Source: an uncultured cyanobacterium
GTDB lineage: Bacteria; Cyanobacteriota; Cyanobacteriia; PCC-9006; JAAUQQ01
DNA length: 64,000 nt
Assembly (NCBI GenBank): GCA_963718615.1
Contig: OY970368.1
Span: 1,536,001-1,600,000, forward strand
Direction: 5' to 3'
Part shown: in pieces, positions 42,028 to 51,828 of the stretch
How positions within the stretch are numbered: position 1 is the first letter of the stretch
Layout of the letters: each line of letters begins with the position of its first letter
The notes under the pieces: model-generated
Seen by the model: only the letters and a program-made list of their open reading frames with translations
What the model was told of the DNA's origin: nothing
Database searches by the model: none
Made by a program: the position numbers and the translations under genes

Positions 42028-43758
42028 ATGCGTGACCTCTCTTCCTTGGCTCATCAAACCTTTGATCTGGTCATTATTGGAGGTGGGATTAATGGTGCCG
42101 GAACTGCACGGGAAGCGGCACTGTCTGGCTTACGCACGTTATTAGTTGAGAAAGGAGACTATGGCAGCGGCACCAGCAGTTGGTCTAGTCGCCTCATCCA
42201 TGGGGGGCTCCGCTATCTAGAATATTTTGAGTTTAACCTCGTGCGGGAGTCCCTGCGGGAGCGGGAGATTTTGCTGCGGTCCGCGCCCCATTTGGTTCAG
42301 CCACTACAGATGACGATTCCGATTTACCAAAATAATCGGCGGGGACCAAGCCTGGTCCGAGCGGGGATGATGTTGTATGACCTGCTGAGTTTTGACAAAA
42401 CCTTACCGGGACATCGGATGTTGACTCCCTCATCGTTCCGTCAACTATTTCGAGGGGTCAATTGCACTGGGCTAACGGGAGCGGCGCAATATTACGATGG
42501 ACAGGTTGCCTATGCCGAACGGCTCTGCCTGGAAAATGTGCTCTCAGCGCAAGCAGCGGGTGCGACGGTGTTGAACTATGTCAAGGTTGAGCGATTGGAG
42601 CGGCAGACATCGGCAGATACTCAGGGGGAGCGGATTGGGGCGATCGCCCTCCAAGACCGCCTCACGGATCAAAGGCTCACGATCAACACCCACAACGCCA
42701 TCATTATCAATACCGCTGGCCCCTGGGTTGATCAAGTCTGCAAAATGGGGTGGCAAATAGACCAGCCTGACCCCCTTAGCCCCGATCGCCTCATGGGCGG
42801 CACCCAGGGCAGCCACATCATCGTCGATGCCTTTCCCGGTGCGCCGGAGGGGGCGCTTTACGTGGAGGCGGAAAGCGATGGGCGACCCTATTTCATTCTG
42901 CCTTGGCTGGGCAAATATCTCATTGGCACCACGGATCTGCGGTTTCATGGCGACCTGGATGCCGTCAAGGCGAGCGACGACGAAATTGACTATCTCTTGC
43001 GGGAAACCAATCGAGTCTTGCCCAGGGCGAGACTAACCCGTGACGATGTGCGCTTTACCTACGCAGGCGTTCGGCCCCTGCCCTATAGCGAGGGTAAAAA
43101 GACCAGCAGCATTACGCGCCGCCACATTTTGCATGACCACGCCCCCGCTACCGCAGGGGGAATTGAAAATCTGATTTCGTTGATTGGCGGAAAACTGACC
43201 ACCTATCGTCAGGTGGGGGAAGAGCTGGTACAGGCTGCTTGCCGAAAACTCAAGCGGTCTGCACCCGAGAGCCCAACCCGTGATCAGCCGTTGCCCGGTG
43301 CCGTGGGGTTGACGACGGAGGCGATCGCCCAAACCACAGACCAATACGCACACCGAGAGGTAGACCAACAGGTCGACCAAGACCCCCCCCAGATCTCACC
43401 CCAAACCATTAACCACCTCTTCCAGCTCTATGGCAGCCGTGCCAAGGCGGTCCTTCAGCTCACGGTAGATCATCCCAACCTAGGTCAAAAGTTGGTGCCG
43501 CATCTGCCCGATATTCGAGCTCAGATGGTCTACGGGATTGAAGCCGAGCAGGCGCAGACGCTGGTAGATCTGTGCTGTCGTCGGACGCTGGTGGCAATGA
43601 TGGGGAATTATGGTTGGGAGGCGCTGGATGGAGTGGTGTTAACGTTGCAACAGCATTGTGGCTGGAGCGAGGAAGAGGGCGATCGCCAACGGCAGGCTTA
43701 TCAAGCCCACATCAAGGCTCATGCGCGGCCAGACTACAGCGATGAACCTACAACCTAA
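42028..43758 (+). CDS. glpD: FAD-dependent glycerol-3-phosphate dehydrogenase
   Basis: IGGGING, GTSSWSSRLIHGGLRYLE, GVRPL, GGKLTTYR. Confidence 0.95.
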   Translation: MRDLSSLAHQTFDLVIIGGGINGAGTAREAALSGLRTLLVEKGDYGSGTSSWSSRLIHGGLRYLEYFEFNLVRESLREREILLRSAPHLVQPLQMTIPIYQNNRRGPSLVRAGMMLYDLLSFDKTLPGHRMLTPSSFRQLFRGVNCTGLTGAAQYYDGQVAYAERLCLENVLSAQAAGATVLNYVKVERLERQTSADTQGERIGAIALQDRLTDQRLTINTHNAIIINTAGPWVDQVCKMGWQIDQPDPLSPDRLMGGTQGSHIIVDAFPGAPEGALYVEAESDGRPYFILPWLGKYLIGTTDLRFHGDLDAVKASDDEIDYLLRETNRVLPRARLTRDDVRFTYAGVRPLPYSEGKKTSSITRRHILHDHAPATAGGIENLISLIGGKLTTYRQVGEELVQAACRKLKRSAPESPTRDQPLPGAVGLTTEAIAQTTDQYAHREVDQQVDQDPPQISPQTINHLFQLYGSRAKAVLQLTVDHPNLGQKLVPHLPDIRAQMVYGIEAEQAQTLVDLCCRRTLVAMMGNYGWEALDGVVLTLQQHCGWSEEEGDRQRQAYQAHIKAHARPDYSDEPTT

Positions 43759-43770
43759 GGGTCTAGCCAC

Positions 43771-45297
43771 TCAACCCAAACAACGAATCGCTTCCAGCAA
43801 CCCCCTCGCCTTATTCAACGTTTCCTGATACTCACTCTCCGGCACTGAATCCGCCACCAGCCCCGCCCCCGCCTGCACACTGACTTGATGATGACCATCC
43901 CCCTGGGGTTGTACCATCATCGTGCGAATCGTAATCGCGCTATTGAGCTGACCTTCAAAGTCGTAGAAGCCATAAACCCCTGAGTAGGGACCGCGCCGAC
44001 AACCCTCTAGCTCATGGATAATCTCCATCGCCCGGATCTTCGGCGCACCGCTGACGGTACCCGCCGGGAAACAGGCCTTGAGCAAATCCCAGGCAGTTTT
44101 TCCCTCGGCCAGGTGACCCACCACATTGCTGACAATATGCATGACGTGGGAATAGCGCTCGATTACCATCAGCTCATTGACCTTGACGCTGCCGGGTTTG
44201 CACACGCGCCCCAGGTCATTGCGACCCAGATCCACCAGCATCACATGCTCCGCAATTTCCTTTGGGTCTTGGAGCAACTCTTCTGCATAGGCAACATCTT
44301 CGCCGTGGGTCTTACCCCGAGGTCTGGTGCCTGCGATCGGACGCACCGTCGCCACCCGCTCCGTGTGATCCGCTGACCATTCCGCCTTCACCATTACCTC
44401 TGGGCTTGACCCGATCAATTGCCAGTCCTTGAAGTTGAAATAGGCCATGTAGGGCGAGGGATTGATCAGCCGCAGCGATCGATACAACTGAAACGGATCC
44501 CCCTCAAACACTGTGCTCAACCGCTGGGAGATCACCACCTGAAAAATATCCCCAGCCCGAATATATTCCTTAGCCCGCTCCACATTGGCACAAAACTTCT
44601 CCTGCGGGGTGTTACTCGTCCAATCCAGGGTTTGTGGCGCTTTCCGCGAGGGTTTCCAGGAGAGCAAGGTGCTTTGGGCCGCGAGGGGCTGCTGGAGTTT
44701 GTGGACCAACTGCTGAACCCGATCACAAGCCTCCCCATAGGCCTTGGCCAAATCCGGTTCGGCTTGGAGATCGGCGTAGGCGATCGCCCAAATCTTCCGT
44801 TTCACCTGGTCAAAGATCAGCAGACTATCCACCTGCATCCAGAGGCCATCGGGTAAATCTTCCGGATTCTCCGGCCCATACACCGGCACACGGGACTCAA
44901 TCCAGTGAATCAGTTCATAGCCCCAAAATCCAAATAACCCCCCAATCCCTGGCGGCAGTTCGGGCAGCGTTACGGGTTTGTAGGGCGCAAGACGTTGGGC
45001 CAAGGTTTTGAAGGGATCCCCCTCAAAGGTCTCCATAGAACCATCGCGGAAGGTTTGGGTGGTGCGATCGCCCCGCGCCTCCAGCGTCCACAGCGGATTG
45101 CAGCCCAAAAAGCTATAGCGCCCGATCGTTTCGCCCCCTTCCACCGACTCCAGCAAAAAGCTATAGGGCTCCCCCGCACAGACCCGATACCAAGCAGAAA
45201 CCGGCGTATCGAGGTCAGCAACCCACTCTTGATAGACCGGGACGAAATTGCCTTGCTGCGCTAAGGTCTGAAATTCGTCAAAGCTTGGAAAAATCAT
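43771..45297 (-). CDS. trpE: Anthranilate synthase component I
   Basis: LLESVEGG, GDIFQVV, NPSPY, PIAGTRPRG, GTVSGAPK. Confidence 0.97.
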   Translation of the reverse strand: MIFPSFDEFQTLAQQGNFVPVYQEWVADLDTPVSAWYRVCAGEPYSFLLESVEGGETIGRYSFLGCNPLWTLEARGDRTTQTFRDGSMETFEGDPFKTLAQRLAPYKPVTLPELPPGIGGLFGFWGYELIHWIESRVPVYGPENPEDLPDGLWMQVDSLLIFDQVKRKIWAIAYADLQAEPDLAKAYGEACDRVQQLVHKLQQPLAAQSTLLSWKPSRKAPQTLDWTSNTPQEKFCANVERAKEYIRAGDIFQVVISQRLSTVFEGDPFQLYRSLRLINPSPYMAYFNFKDWQLIGSSPEVMVKAEWSADHTERVATVRPIAGTRPRGKTHGEDVAYAEELLQDPKEIAEHVMLVDLGRNDLGRVCKPGSVKVNELMVIERYSHVMHIVSNVVGHLAEGKTAWDLLKACFPAGTVSGAPKIRAMEIIHELEGCRRGPYSGVYGFYDFEGQLNSAITIRTMMVQPQGDGHHQVSVQAGAGLVADSVPESEYQETLNKARGLLEAIRCLG

Positions 45298-45362
45298 GGA
45301 TAAAAAACCGTGGGCCGTTCGCCCCAAGACTGGACAAAGAACTAGACGAAGCTAAATAAAAA

Positions 45363-45428
45363 AAACACAAACACAAACACAAACACAAACACAAACACAA
45401 ACACAAACACAAACACAAACACAAACAC
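45363..45428. repeat. Perfect hexanucleotide microsatellite (AAACAC)x11
   Basis: Counted directly; preceded by an A-run. Confidence 0.95.
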
Positions 45429-45434
45429 AAAAAT

Positions 45435-45473
45435 TATGGCAGCTAGCGGGAATTTCCCAGACTAACTGCCATA
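45435..45473 (-). terminator. Probable intrinsic terminator of psaD
   Basis: Stem TATGGCAG.TAG..GGGAA / TTCCC..CTA.CTGCCATA followed by a T-rich tract on the minus strand. Confidence 0.7.
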
Positions 45474-45507
45474 TCCAGAGAACCATCCCTGACCGTAACC
45501 TAGACGA

Positions 45508-45936
45508 TTATTCGTCGTAGGTGGTCTTACCGGAGAATTTCACCTTGGAAGGCTCAGGATTTTCGCCAATAGGCCGGGGGTTATGATTAACCTTCTCACG
45601 ACCCTCATTCACTTTCTCGGGGAAAACGCCATCCTTAGGATGGAGATACTCGGTGTCACCACTGGGAAAAACCCGGTAAACCTTGTAATCGTCAATCTTC
45701 GGCTTGAATTTGGTCCGCAGTTGAGTTCCTAGGGCTAGGCACTGCTCTTTACGAGCCAAATAAAGAAGATTTTCCCCTTCGTTCATGATGGCTGCGCCAC
45801 CCGTGGGCATTTCAAAAACCTGCTCCTTCGAGCTGGTCCAGGTGATGGCGTATTTTTCTTCTGTCTCTGCCGCCTTCAGAAGGCCGCCCGTGCTGCCTCC
45901 AAATTTAGGCATCTGTCCTGTAAGTGCTTCTGACAT
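45508..45936 (-). CDS. psaD: Photosystem I subunit II
   Basis: [41 protein letters not shown]. Confidence 0.98.
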   Translation of the reverse strand: MSEALTGQMPKFGGSTGGLLKAAETEEKYAITWTSSKEQVFEMPTGGAAIMNEGENLLYLARKEQCLALGTQLRTKFKPKIDDYKVYRVFPSGDTEYLHPKDGVFPEKVNEGREKVNHNPRPIGENPEPSKVKFSGKTTYDE

Positions 45937-46006
45937 AGGAATCGTTATTTGAATATTTTTACGGAATCCTAGCACCCAGTTTCCCCCATCCCGTAGGCAG
46001 AGACGC

Positions 46007-46021
46007 GAACTGTTACAGTTC
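46007..46021. promoter_or_regulatory. Perfect palindrome GAACTGT-T-ACAGTTC in the psaD / pseudouridine synthase divergent promoter
   Basis: Inverted repeat seen directly; contains GTTACA (HLR1-like half-site). Confidence 0.4.
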
Positions 46022-46079
46022 TTCAGAGAATACAAGACCTTGAGTTCACGAGGGCTAAGCCGTTCCTTAGCTGGTCAAT

Positions 46080-46790
46080 ATGGCCTATCAATCCATTTTG
46101 TTTTACAAACCTTATAACGTTCTGTGTCAGTTTACGAACCCAGAGGCGTTGGACTGTCTGACTTTAAAAGACTTTGTTGCGTTGCCGCAGCTCTATCCGG
46201 TGGGGCGTCTCGATCGCGATAGTGAAGGTCTACTGCTACTCACCAACCATGGAGCCCTCAAACATCGGCTGATCCATCCCCAGTTTTATCATCCTCGAAC
46301 CTATTGGGCGCAGGTGGAGGGGATCCCCGAGGAAGCTGCCTTGGAACAACTGCGTCAGGGCGTCAGGATTAAGGGAGAGTATCAAACCCGGCCTGCTCAG
46401 GTGGAGCGATTGGCAGTTGCACCGAACCTACCCGAGCGGGAGCCACCGATTCGGTTTCGTAAAACAGTGCCTACGGCTTGGCTGACCCTAACGCTTACGG
46501 AGGGACGCAACCGCCAGGTGCGCCGGATGACGGCGGCGGTGGGGCTGCCGACACTGCGGCTGGTGCGGGCGGCGATAGGTCTCTTCAGGTTGCCCTCCGA
46601 GTCGAATGGCTTGCCCGCGCCCTTCGCGACTGGCGATGCACCTTGGCTGACCCTTGATGGCCTCCAGCCTGGGGAATGGCGATCGCCCACCCCCCCCGAA
46701 CAAGCTGCCCTCACGGGTCTTTTGCAGTCTCCGCGATCGCCCCAGCACCGCCGTCCAACCCCCTTGCCTCAGCGGCGATCGCGCCCGTAG
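46080..46790 (+). CDS. rRNA pseudouridine synthase (RluE/RsuA family)
   Basis: GRLDRDSEGLLLLT, EGRNRQVRRM. Confidence 0.92.
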   Translation: MAYQSILFYKPYNVLCQFTNPEALDCLTLKDFVALPQLYPVGRLDRDSEGLLLLTNHGALKHRLIHPQFYHPRTYWAQVEGIPEEAALEQLRQGVRIKGEYQTRPAQVERLAVAPNLPEREPPIRFRKTVPTAWLTLTLTEGRNRQVRRMTAAVGLPTLRLVRAAIGLFRLPSESNGLPAPFATGDAPWLTLDGLQPGEWRSPTPPEQAALTGLLQSPRSPQHRRPTPLPQRRSRP

Positions 46791-47007
46791 TTTCCCTGGT
46801 CAGCTAGTTTTCCTTTTGATAGACGCACCCTGAAAAATGCGGAGACCAATAGGCGAGAAGAAAAATCGTTTGGGTAATCTTCGGCTGTACATCGATTGTG
46901 ACCTTGGGCACACTAAGGCTAACCGATGAGAATGCTGTGGTCATCGCTTCCGCTGCTGACAATGGCAGCTTTGACCGCACTGTTCTTCGCAGCTTGAGAG
47001 CAAGATT

Positions 47008-48522
47008 ATGCCGACGAACCGTCAATCCTCTTCGCCGTTGTCGCTGTCTGCCCTAAGGGAGCCAACGGGCGATCGCCTGGTGGGTTTCTCACAATCGAAT
47101 TTGGGGATGCGATCGCTGGCCTCCAAGGAAGCCCTAGCGGAATGTTTGGCTCAGGCCCAAGCCCAAGAGGACCAACGGGTTCAAATTGCGGAGCTGGTGC
47201 GGATCAACGAGCAGCTACAACAGGAAATGGAGGCGCGAACGGCCCAATTGCAGCAGGCGCTGGAGTATGAGGCAGCCCTCAAACGCATTACCGATCGCGT
47301 GCGTGACAGTCTTGACGAACATCAGATTTTGCAAAATGCCGTGCAGGAGTTGGCGGTCGTCCTCAATGCCAGCGGCTGCAACGCGGCGCTCTATGACCTG
47401 ACGGAAGGTACGTCAACGGTTCGCTACGAATACACCGCTGCCTCTCCCGCCTTTCAGGGCCGAGTGGCCAAGATGAACAACGCCCCCCAGCTCTATGAAC
47501 AGTTGCTCAAGGGGGAGTATTTCCAGTTTTGTTCCTTAGTGCCCCATCCCGAGCGAGGCCGGGTGGCGATGCTGGCCTGTCCGATTTTGGATGACCAGGG
47601 CGTCATGGGGGATCTGTGGCTGATTAACCAAACTGGCTATAGCTTTAGCGAGTTAGAAATTCGGTTGGTTCAGCAGGCGGCGAATCAGTGTGCGATCGCC
47701 ATTCGTCAAGCCCGACTCTACCAGGCCGCCCAGGCCCAGGTGCAAATGTTGGAGCGACTCAATCAGCTCAAGGACGACTTTCTCAGTACCGTTTCCCACG
47801 AGCTGCGCACCCCTATGACCAACATGAAAATGGGGATCCAAATGTTAACGATGAAGATGGAACGGGTGCTCGAAACGGCTCCGCCAGAGGTCGCCAGAGC
47901 TGCGGCAGATATGCAGGTCGATCACTACCTCAAAATTCTGCGGGTCGAATGTGAACGGGAAATTAATCTGATTAACGACCTGCTCGATCTTCAACAACTG
48001 GAGCAAGAGGGTCATAATCTGCCTTGCCAAGTCATTGATCTCAACGCTTGGCTGAGTCGCTTGGTCGATCCCTTCTATGCGCGGGTCCAGCAGCATCAGC
48101 AGCAGTTGATCGTCCAGCTTCAGCCTGATCTACCGACAATTTTTTCCCACGCAGGATGCCTGACTCGAATCCTCTCGGAGCTGCTGAACAACGCCTGTAA
48201 ATATACGCCGAAAGCTGGTGAAATCACGGTCGACATTGCTCAGAAAGATCAGGCTTTATACCTTCAAGTGATCAATACCGGCATTGAAATTGCCCCCCAA
48301 GAACTCAACCGGATTTTTGAAAAGTTCTACCGGGTGCCCAGTTCCGATCCTTGGGGACAACCGGGGACCGGCTTGGGACTCGCCTTGGTTCAAGGATTGG
48401 TCCATCGACTCGGCGGTCACATCGTTGCCACCAGTGGCGCTGGAAAAACGACGTTTAGGGTTGAGCTTCCTTGCGATCGCCCCTCGCCCGTTACAGATCT
48501 TTGTCGCTCCCCAGGGGGTTAA
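47008..48522 (+). CDS. GAF-domain sensor histidine kinase
   Basis: Coiled coil, GAF, H-box SHELRTP, N-box NNACKY, G-boxes GTGLGL. Confidence 0.93.
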   Translation: MPTNRQSSSPLSLSALREPTGDRLVGFSQSNLGMRSLASKEALAECLAQAQAQEDQRVQIAELVRINEQLQQEMEARTAQLQQALEYEAALKRITDRVRDSLDEHQILQNAVQELAVVLNASGCNAALYDLTEGTSTVRYEYTAASPAFQGRVAKMNNAPQLYEQLLKGEYFQFCSLVPHPERGRVAMLACPILDDQGVMGDLWLINQTGYSFSELEIRLVQQAANQCAIAIRQARLYQAAQAQVQMLERLNQLKDDFLSTVSHELRTPMTNMKMGIQMLTMKMERVLETAPPEVARAAADMQVDHYLKILRVECEREINLINDLLDLQQLEQEGHNLPCQVIDLNAWLSRLVDPFYARVQQHQQQLIVQLQPDLPTIFSHAGCLTRILSELLNNACKYTPKAGEITVDIAQKDQALYLQVINTGIEIAPQELNRIFEKFYRVPSSDPWGQPGTGLGLALVQGLVHRLGGHIVATSGAGKTTFRVELPCDRPSPVTDLCRSPGG

Positions 48523-48652
48523 GGCAGGGTCTTCCTGACCCGGAAAAATCATGTAACCTTAGTAGTATCAGGACTCAAGGATTTGCAGTGTGTCTCTCCA
48601 TTGGTTGTCTTTCGGTTTGCGATTCCCTCTCATTATTTTTTGTTAGCCCGCA

Positions 48653-49963
48653 ATGTTGACCTGCTCCCAGTGCCGATTCGAAAATCCCACAGAGAATCGG
48701 TTCTGTCAGAGATGTGGGGCACCTTTGATGGGCAGCGTTGAGGCTGCAGCGGATCCGCTTGTCGGAATTGATCTACAAATTGATCTACAAAGCGACACCC
48801 CTCCCGCCGATGATGGGGAGGAGCCATGGGAGGCTTTTGGGCTCGATGAACAGTCCGAAGACCCAACGGTGCCCTTAAATTTTGACGAAGTGAGTAACCT
48901 TCCGACTGAGCCTCCTGAAGATCTGGCCCCGGAAGACTTGGCCCCGGAAGACTTGGCCCCGGCAGATCTGGTCCTTAACGAGCTAGACGACTTACCAGAA
49001 ATCACCTCGCCACCCCTAGACCTCACCCCAGAGGCCGAGCCCCTGGATACAGAGTCGGTCTTGCCGATGCCAGCCTTTGAGGAAATGCGCACGGTCCGCC
49101 CCGATGAAGATTTGCCCACGATGGTGCTGCCGATGCAGTTGGCTCGGCTAGAGAGTGCGGGGGCAACCCATGTGGGCCGCCAGCGGGAGCATAACGAGGA
49201 TTTTTTTGATACCTATACTGAGATGACCGCTGCCGAGAGTCCCATGGGACAGATTGTGCAGGCCCGAGGTCTTTATATTCTCTGCGATGGCATGGGGGGG
49301 CACAGTGCAGGCGAAGTCGCCAGCGCCATGGCGGTGGAACAGCTTAAAAATTACTTCAAACTTCACTGGAAAGAGACGTTGCCGGATGAAGACTGTATTC
49401 GTCAAGGTATTTTTGCAGCGAATCAAGCCATCTTTGAAGTGAATGAAGCCCATGAGAGCGCAGGTAGCGGACGAATGGGGACAACCCTCGTGCTGATGCT
49501 GTTGCAAAACACCCAGGTGGCGATCGCCCATGTCGGCGACAGTCGGCTCTATGCCTATTCCCGTCGCTACGGCCTCGAACAGCTGACTCTGGATCACGAG
49601 GTCGGACAGCTAGAGGTCCTGCGGGGCGTCGATCCGGAAGTAGCCTATGCGCGCCCGGAGTCCTATCAGCTCACCCAAGCGATGGGACCCAAAGACAATG
49701 ATTACCTCAGCCCGGATATTCAGTTTGTGGATATCCAAGAAGACACCCTGTTTCTGCTCTGTTCCGATGGTCTGTCGGACTACGACTTTTTAGAAGAGCA
49801 GGCTCAAGACCGCATTGAACCCCTCCTCAGTTCCCGTGCTTCGCTCGAACAGGGCATGGGTGAACTGATTTCCTTGGCAAACGAATTCAATGGTCATGAC
49901 AACATCACGGCCATTGCCATTCGCGCCAAGGTCCGTCCAGACCCCCGAGCCCTCAGGAACTAA
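48653..49963 (+). CDS. PP2C-family Ser/Thr phosphatase with N-terminal zinc ribbon
   Basis: CSQC...CQRC; REHNED, CDGMGG, HVGDSR, CSDGL, GHDNIT. Confidence 0.93.
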   Translation: MLTCSQCRFENPTENRFCQRCGAPLMGSVEAAADPLVGIDLQIDLQSDTPPADDGEEPWEAFGLDEQSEDPTVPLNFDEVSNLPTEPPEDLAPEDLAPEDLAPADLVLNELDDLPEITSPPLDLTPEAEPLDTESVLPMPAFEEMRTVRPDEDLPTMVLPMQLARLESAGATHVGRQREHNEDFFDTYTEMTAAESPMGQIVQARGLYILCDGMGGHSAGEVASAMAVEQLKNYFKLHWKETLPDEDCIRQGIFAANQAIFEVNEAHESAGSGRMGTTLVLMLLQNTQVAIAHVGDSRLYAYSRRYGLEQLTLDHEVGQLEVLRGVDPEVAYARPESYQLTQAMGPKDNDYLSPDIQFVDIQEDTLFLLCSDGLSDYDFLEEQAQDRIEPLLSSRASLEQGMGELISLANEFNGHDNITAIAIRAKVRPDPRALRN

Positions 49964-49977
49964 AACCACGATTCCCC

Positions 49978-51627
49978 GTGATCATACTGGCGCTGCTTAA
50001 ATCCAATGGTCGCACCCCGCTTCAGTGGTGGACTTTCCGTGAGGCAAAACCCATCTCAGTGGGCCGCTCCCTGAGCAATCAGGTGATTGTGCGAAATTCC
50101 CATGTGTCCCGTCACCATTGCGAACTGCGCCCGGTGTATCAGCCGGATCAATCGATCGCCTGGGAGCTCATTAGCCAGGGCAAAAATGGCACCTTTTTAG
50201 AGGGCAAACTGATTTCCCAGGTTCTCTTGAGCGATAATGCCACCATTCAGCTTGCGCCCAAGGGGCCTGTGCTTAAGGTTTATTTGCGCGATCGCATTCC
50301 CAATCGCGAAGAGCTGATTTTCTCATCCTTGGGTTCTGACCCCAAGCCTACCAATGGGGATTCTGAGGACAATCCAGAAGCGGGTCTAGAGCTTGTAGTC
50401 CCCGCGATCGCCCCCGCGATCGCCCTAGATCGGATAACGGATATCACTCCCCTAGATTTGTCATCGGTTTCTGATGTAGCCAAGGGGCAGTCTAAGAATA
50501 AACCTCAGAGTTTGTCTCAGAGTCCGTCTCAGGGTCCGTCTCAGGGTCCGCCTGCGGCTGTTTGTCCGGTACCCGCTCCCACTGAGTTTCGACTGTCCGG
50601 CTCAATCCGCCCGTTCGTGCCCCTACGGTCTGTGGTGGAAGACCGTATTCGACCACTGAACCCCTCGGAACCGGCCCCAGCCCCTTGGAACGACCCCAGT
50701 GATCTGTCCACGGCGGGGAGCGGTTGCACTCACCCCGGTAACCCGCCGGGCAATTTGCTTTGCATTCACTGTGGCCATCCCCTGCGAGTGATGCGCAATG
50801 TTCGCCATTACCAGCTTCTGAGGATTTTGGGCCAAGGGGGGATGGGAACGACGTTTTTGGCTTGGCGATTGCCCCGGCAGCCCTCCCAGCCTTCGCCCCC
50901 GATCCCGGAAACGCCACCCCAAAGTCCTGGTCAACGCCTAGTGGTGGTGAAGCAGCTCAATCCGGAAATTGCGGCGATCGCCAAGGCCCGTGAACTCTTC
51001 GAGCGAGAAGCGGCGGTGCTCCAGCGGATGAATCACCCTGGCATTCCCAAGTTTCTGGATGCCTTTTCCGAGGGCGACCAAGCCTATCTGGTGATGGAGT
51101 TAGTCCATGGCCAGAACCTGGAGCAATACGTTCTCAAACAGGGAGCCGCTGAACCGGCCCAGGCGATCCAGTGGATGCAGCAGACCTGTGATGTCTTGCA
51201 TCACTTACATACCCAGCATCCGCCAATTCTGCATCGGGATATCAAGCCAGCGAATCTGCTCCGGCAATACCGGGATGGACGCATTGTCGTGGTCGATTTT
51301 GGCGCGGTCAAGGCCATGGCGGGGGCCATGGGCACCTGCATTAAGGCGGAGGGCTACACGGCTCCTGAGCAGGAAAGTGGCAAGCCGATGATTGAATCGG
51401 ACCTATTTTCCGTCGGCGCAACGTTGGTCTTTTTAGTGACCCGTAGGAGCCCGCTCGATTTTTATACTGCCCTAGCGGACAATGCCCCTAATTTGAATGA
51501 AATCGCCCAGATGCCAGTGAGCTTGCGCCGGGTTTTGACCAAGGTATTGGCTTTGAATGCGAGCGATCGCTACAGCTCCGCCCTCGAACTCAAGCTGGCG
51601 CTGACGGCCTGCCTCGACGATTGTTAA
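49978..51627 (+). CDS. FHA-domain Ser/Thr protein kinase
   Basis: FHA (GR...VSRHH...NGT); GQGGMG, HRDIKPAN, DFG, APE. Confidence 0.93.
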   Translation: MIILALLKSNGRTPLQWWTFREAKPISVGRSLSNQVIVRNSHVSRHHCELRPVYQPDQSIAWELISQGKNGTFLEGKLISQVLLSDNATIQLAPKGPVLKVYLRDRIPNREELIFSSLGSDPKPTNGDSEDNPEAGLELVVPAIAPAIALDRITDITPLDLSSVSDVAKGQSKNKPQSLSQSPSQGPSQGPPAAVCPVPAPTEFRLSGSIRPFVPLRSVVEDRIRPLNPSEPAPAPWNDPSDLSTAGSGCTHPGNPPGNLLCIHCGHPLRVMRNVRHYQLLRILGQGGMGTTFLAWRLPRQPSQPSPPIPETPPQSPGQRLVVVKQLNPEIAAIAKARELFEREAAVLQRMNHPGIPKFLDAFSEGDQAYLVMELVHGQNLEQYVLKQGAAEPAQAIQWMQQTCDVLHHLHTQHPPILHRDIKPANLLRQYRDGRIVVVDFGAVKAMAGAMGTCIKAEGYTAPEQESGKPMIESDLFSVGATLVFLVTRRSPLDFYTALADNAPNLNEIAQMPVSLRRVLTKVLALNASDRYSSALELKLALTACLDDC

Positions 51628-51649
51628 AGGCCTTGAATCCGGCCAAACA

Positions 51650-51668
51650 AGAACAAAAGAACTATAAT
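51650..51668 (+). promoter_or_regulatory. Possible LexA-box-like site overlapping a TATAAT -10 element upstream of dnaE
   Basis: AGAACAAAAGAACT (one mismatch to the reverse of RGTACNNNDGTWCB); TATAAT at 51663-51668. Confidence 0.35.
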
Positions 51669-51828
51669 AAACGCATCAGGATTTGTTGAGTCGATCTCCG
51701 GCTCGGCACGGCTTAACGCTATATTTGGGGGTGGCTGCGTTGACCTAGCCTGTATCTAGCGTTAGGTGTCAGGATAGGCAGAGTCGACGCACCCTTATCT
51801 TACGCCTCTTTGTTTGGGTTGATTGCTT

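Noticed and set aside
45298-45430. trp attenuator or leader peptide
   Set aside because: No Trp-codon-rich leader ORF; the repeat encodes no Trp in any minus-strand frame.
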